A stretch of DNA of 64,000 nt from NCBI GenBank assembly GCA_963845245.1, contig CAWJRJ010000012.1, positions 32,001 to 96,000 on the forward strand, written 5' to 3'. The stretch comes from Nitrospirota bacterium. Its GTDB lineage: Bacteria > Nitrospirota > JACRHJ01. Both the position numbers and the translations under genes were made by a program. The notes under the pieces were generated by a model. That model did no database searches and had not been told where the DNA came from. It saw only the letters and a program-made list of their open reading frames with translations. The number at the start of each line of letters is the position of its first letter. The stretch's first letter is position 1. This document shows, piece after piece, positions 61,911-64,000 of the stretch.

Positions 61911-64000
61911 ATGAAGGCGTTTAGCAGGATACTGACTGTTCTTTTTATAGTTTCGATGTTTATTTCCGCCGGGAGGGCCCAGGCGTCCACATGGAACCTG
62001 AATAAAGCAAAGTCGCAGTCGTCAGGCAAACAGACGTCGTCCATTGTAAAAGCAGATTTCAACGGCGACGGTATAATGGACATTGCCTCTTGTACCCGGC
62101 AGAACTCAGGCAAGGTATCCATTTTCCTCGGCAAGGGCGACGGCAAGTTTACGAAGAAGGTGGCCCTCGATGCAGGCAGCAAGCCTGTCTCGATTGTGGC
62201 CGCAGATTTTAATGGCGACGGTATAATGGACCTTGCCGTGGCAGACTTTGGCAGTGATGATGTGATGGTATACCTGGGCAAGGGCGACGGCACATTTCAG
62301 GACGGCGTTTCAAACCCGGTCGGAGCAAGCCCCGTCTTTATAGTCTCAGCCGACTTTAATGGAGACAGCAATGCCGACCTCGCCGTGGCAAACTGGGAGG
62401 ACAACACCGTCACGGTGCTGTTCGGAAACGGAGACGGGACATTCCCGACCAGTACGTCTTTGCCGACGGGTTCCCGTCCCCGCAGCATCGCGGTGGGAGA
62501 CATCGATAAAACTGGCGGTGTTGACCTCGTTGTAGCCAACTGGGCGGACGACACGGTCTCCTTTATTGCTGGAGACGGACTCGGAAATTTTGCCGGCAAG
62601 GTCGACTTTAACGCTGGCAAGAACCCCTCATCCGTCGCCCTTGGCGACCTGAACGGCGACGGCTGGCTGGATATCGTTACCACAAACTTCGACACGGACA
62701 ACGTCGCTCTCCTTCTCTCTAATAGCCTTGCGACCTTCAGTGGCTTCAAGCCCGTTGAGTTTATTATCTCGGGAAGCGGACCGTCATTTGTGGCGATAAA
62801 GGACATCGACGGCGATGGGAACCAGGACATATTAACCTGCAATGGCGCAGCCAACAACCTGTCGCTTTTTTTCGGTTTTGGGGACGGTACATTTCAGCCG
62901 AGGAAGGATTTCACCGCCGGCAGCGGTCCGATATCGTTTGTGATATCGGACTTCAATAACAACGGGGGTTGGGACCTTGCTGTAGCTAACTACAACTCCG
63001 GCAGCATATCGGTGTTCACGGACAAGAACACCAAGCTCGGCGACTGGAATTTCATACCCGGCGCTATCACGTCAACGTCGTTATCTCCATCATCCGTATT
63101 CGCCGCAGACCTGAACAGGGACGAGTTTACTGACGTGGTGATGACAGATGGCAGCAAGGTCTCTATCTTGTTGAACGACGGAAAAGGTGTACTGGTTGCA
63201 GCAGCAGCCCCCCTCACCGCCGGTATTACGCCCGTGGATGCAGTCGCCGCCGACTTCACCGGCGACGGGATAAAGGACATTGCCGTCGCAAACAACGACA
63301 GCCTCGACGTCACTATTTTAAAGGGGGCGCCCGATGGCACATATTCTGCGATAGTCCCATCGGTTTTAATCGGGCACTCGCCGGTTTCCATAGTAAACGG
63401 GGACTTTAACAAGGACGGGAAGATGGACTTCGCGGTCTGCAACTCAGGCACGCCTGGTTCAGTATACGTTTTTAGCGGCAACGGGGACGGCACCTTCCCG
63501 ACGGTTAACACCTATGCTGTAGGTAACAACCCTCTGAAAATCGTCACAGGCGATTTCAACGGGGACGGTATACCGGACCTAGCGGTCGCGAACCAGGGTT
63601 CGGGCACCATCTCTATTCTGATGGGGGTAGCGAGTGGGGGATTTTCGGAAACCACAGTAACACTCCCGACGGGCAGCGCACCGAATTCCCTTGCTGCCGC
63701 GGACTTCAACGCCGATAATAAGACCGACCTTGCAGTCTTGAGCGCGGCAAATAAAACGGTGCTTATACTGCTCAGCAACGGCAACGGTACTTTCAGGGTA
63801 CTAACAGGCACCCTTTCTACCGGCGACAGTCCTTCTTCAATAGCGGCTGCCGACCTGAACCTCGACAAGATGCCGGATATAGTTGTTACCGCGGCTGACG
63901 GCGTCTCGGTTTATTTCGGGAAAGGCTCCGGTGTTTTCAACACCGCATCTTTAATTGCCTCAACAACAGGCTCCGGTCCCGCCGTCATCTCCGAATTCAA
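61911..64000 (+). CDS. Secreted FG-GAP/VCBS repeat beta-propeller protein (truncated by the window end)
   Basis: GGAGG RBS, ATG 61911, signal peptide, many (A/G)DFNGDG..D(L/I)A repeats. No stop is seen in the window, which explains its absence from the ORF track. Confidence 0.9.
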   Translation, partial: MKAFSRILTVLFIVSMFISAGRAQASTWNLNKAKSQSSGKQTSSIVKADFNGDGIMDIASCTRQNSGKVSIFLGKGDGKFTKKVALDAGSKPVSIVAADFNGDGIMDLAVADFGSDDVMVYLGKGDGTFQDGVSNPVGASPVFIVSADFNGDSNADLAVANWEDNTVTVLFGNGDGTFPTSTSLPTGSRPRSIAVGDIDKTGGVDLVVANWADDTVSFIAGDGLGNFAGKVDFNAGKNPSSVALGDLNGDGWLDIVTTNFDTDNVALLLSNSLATFSGFKPVEFIISGSGPSFVAIKDIDGDGNQDILTCNGAANNLSLFFGFGDGTFQPRKDFTAGSGPISFVISDFNNNGGWDLAVANYNSGSISVFTDKNTKLGDWNFIPGAITSTSLSPSSVFAADLNRDEFTDVVMTDGSKVSILLNDGKGVLVAAAAPLTAGITPVDAVAADFTGDGIKDIAVANNDSLDVTILKGAPDGTYSAIVPSVLIGHSPVSIVNGDFNKDGKMDFAVCNSGTPGSVYVFSGNGDGTFPTVNTYAVGNNPLKIVTGDFNGDGIPDLAVANQGSGTISILMGVASGGFSETTVTLPTGSAPNSLAAADFNADNKTDLAVLSAANKTVLILLSNGNGTFRVLTGTLSTGDSPSSIAAADLNLDKMPDIVVTAADGVSVYFGKGSGVFNTASLIASTTGSGPAVISEF

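Overview
A 64 kb chromosomal segment of a Gram-negative, moderately GC-rich bacterium (gene content and the FtsZ tail [14 protein letters not shown] are compatible with a Nitrospirota/deltaproteobacterial-type genome, but taxonomy cannot be fixed from this window). In order: a REC-multiPAS-histidine kinase; an RND efflux pair; a low-GC type II restriction-modification island between REP-like palindromes; a coiled-coil protein with a 27-bp tandem repeat; a perfect parS site; a divergent second tubulin/FtsZ-superfamily GTPase with a C-terminal HEAT-repeat domain directly upstream of the dcw cluster (mraZ to ftsZ, with a D,D-peptidase gene between mraY and murD); a radical SAM gene; a three-gene partner-switching module (P-loop ATPase fused to an RsbW-type kinase, STAS protein, GAF-HD-GYP); tRNA-Leu-tig-clpP-clpX; TGase/DUF58 divergent from MoxR; an Fe-S protein, protoporphyrinogen oxidase, flavoprotein, Lon-like protease and PHP protein; a small TA-remnant island; tldD, pfpI, degP-like; and an FG-GAP protein running off the end. 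At least 11 single-base insertions break conserved genes and are most likely sequencing errors. Best novelty candidates: the parS-adjacent tubulin-like/HEAT GTPase at the head of the dcw cluster, and the ATPase-kinase/STAS/HD-GYP module.
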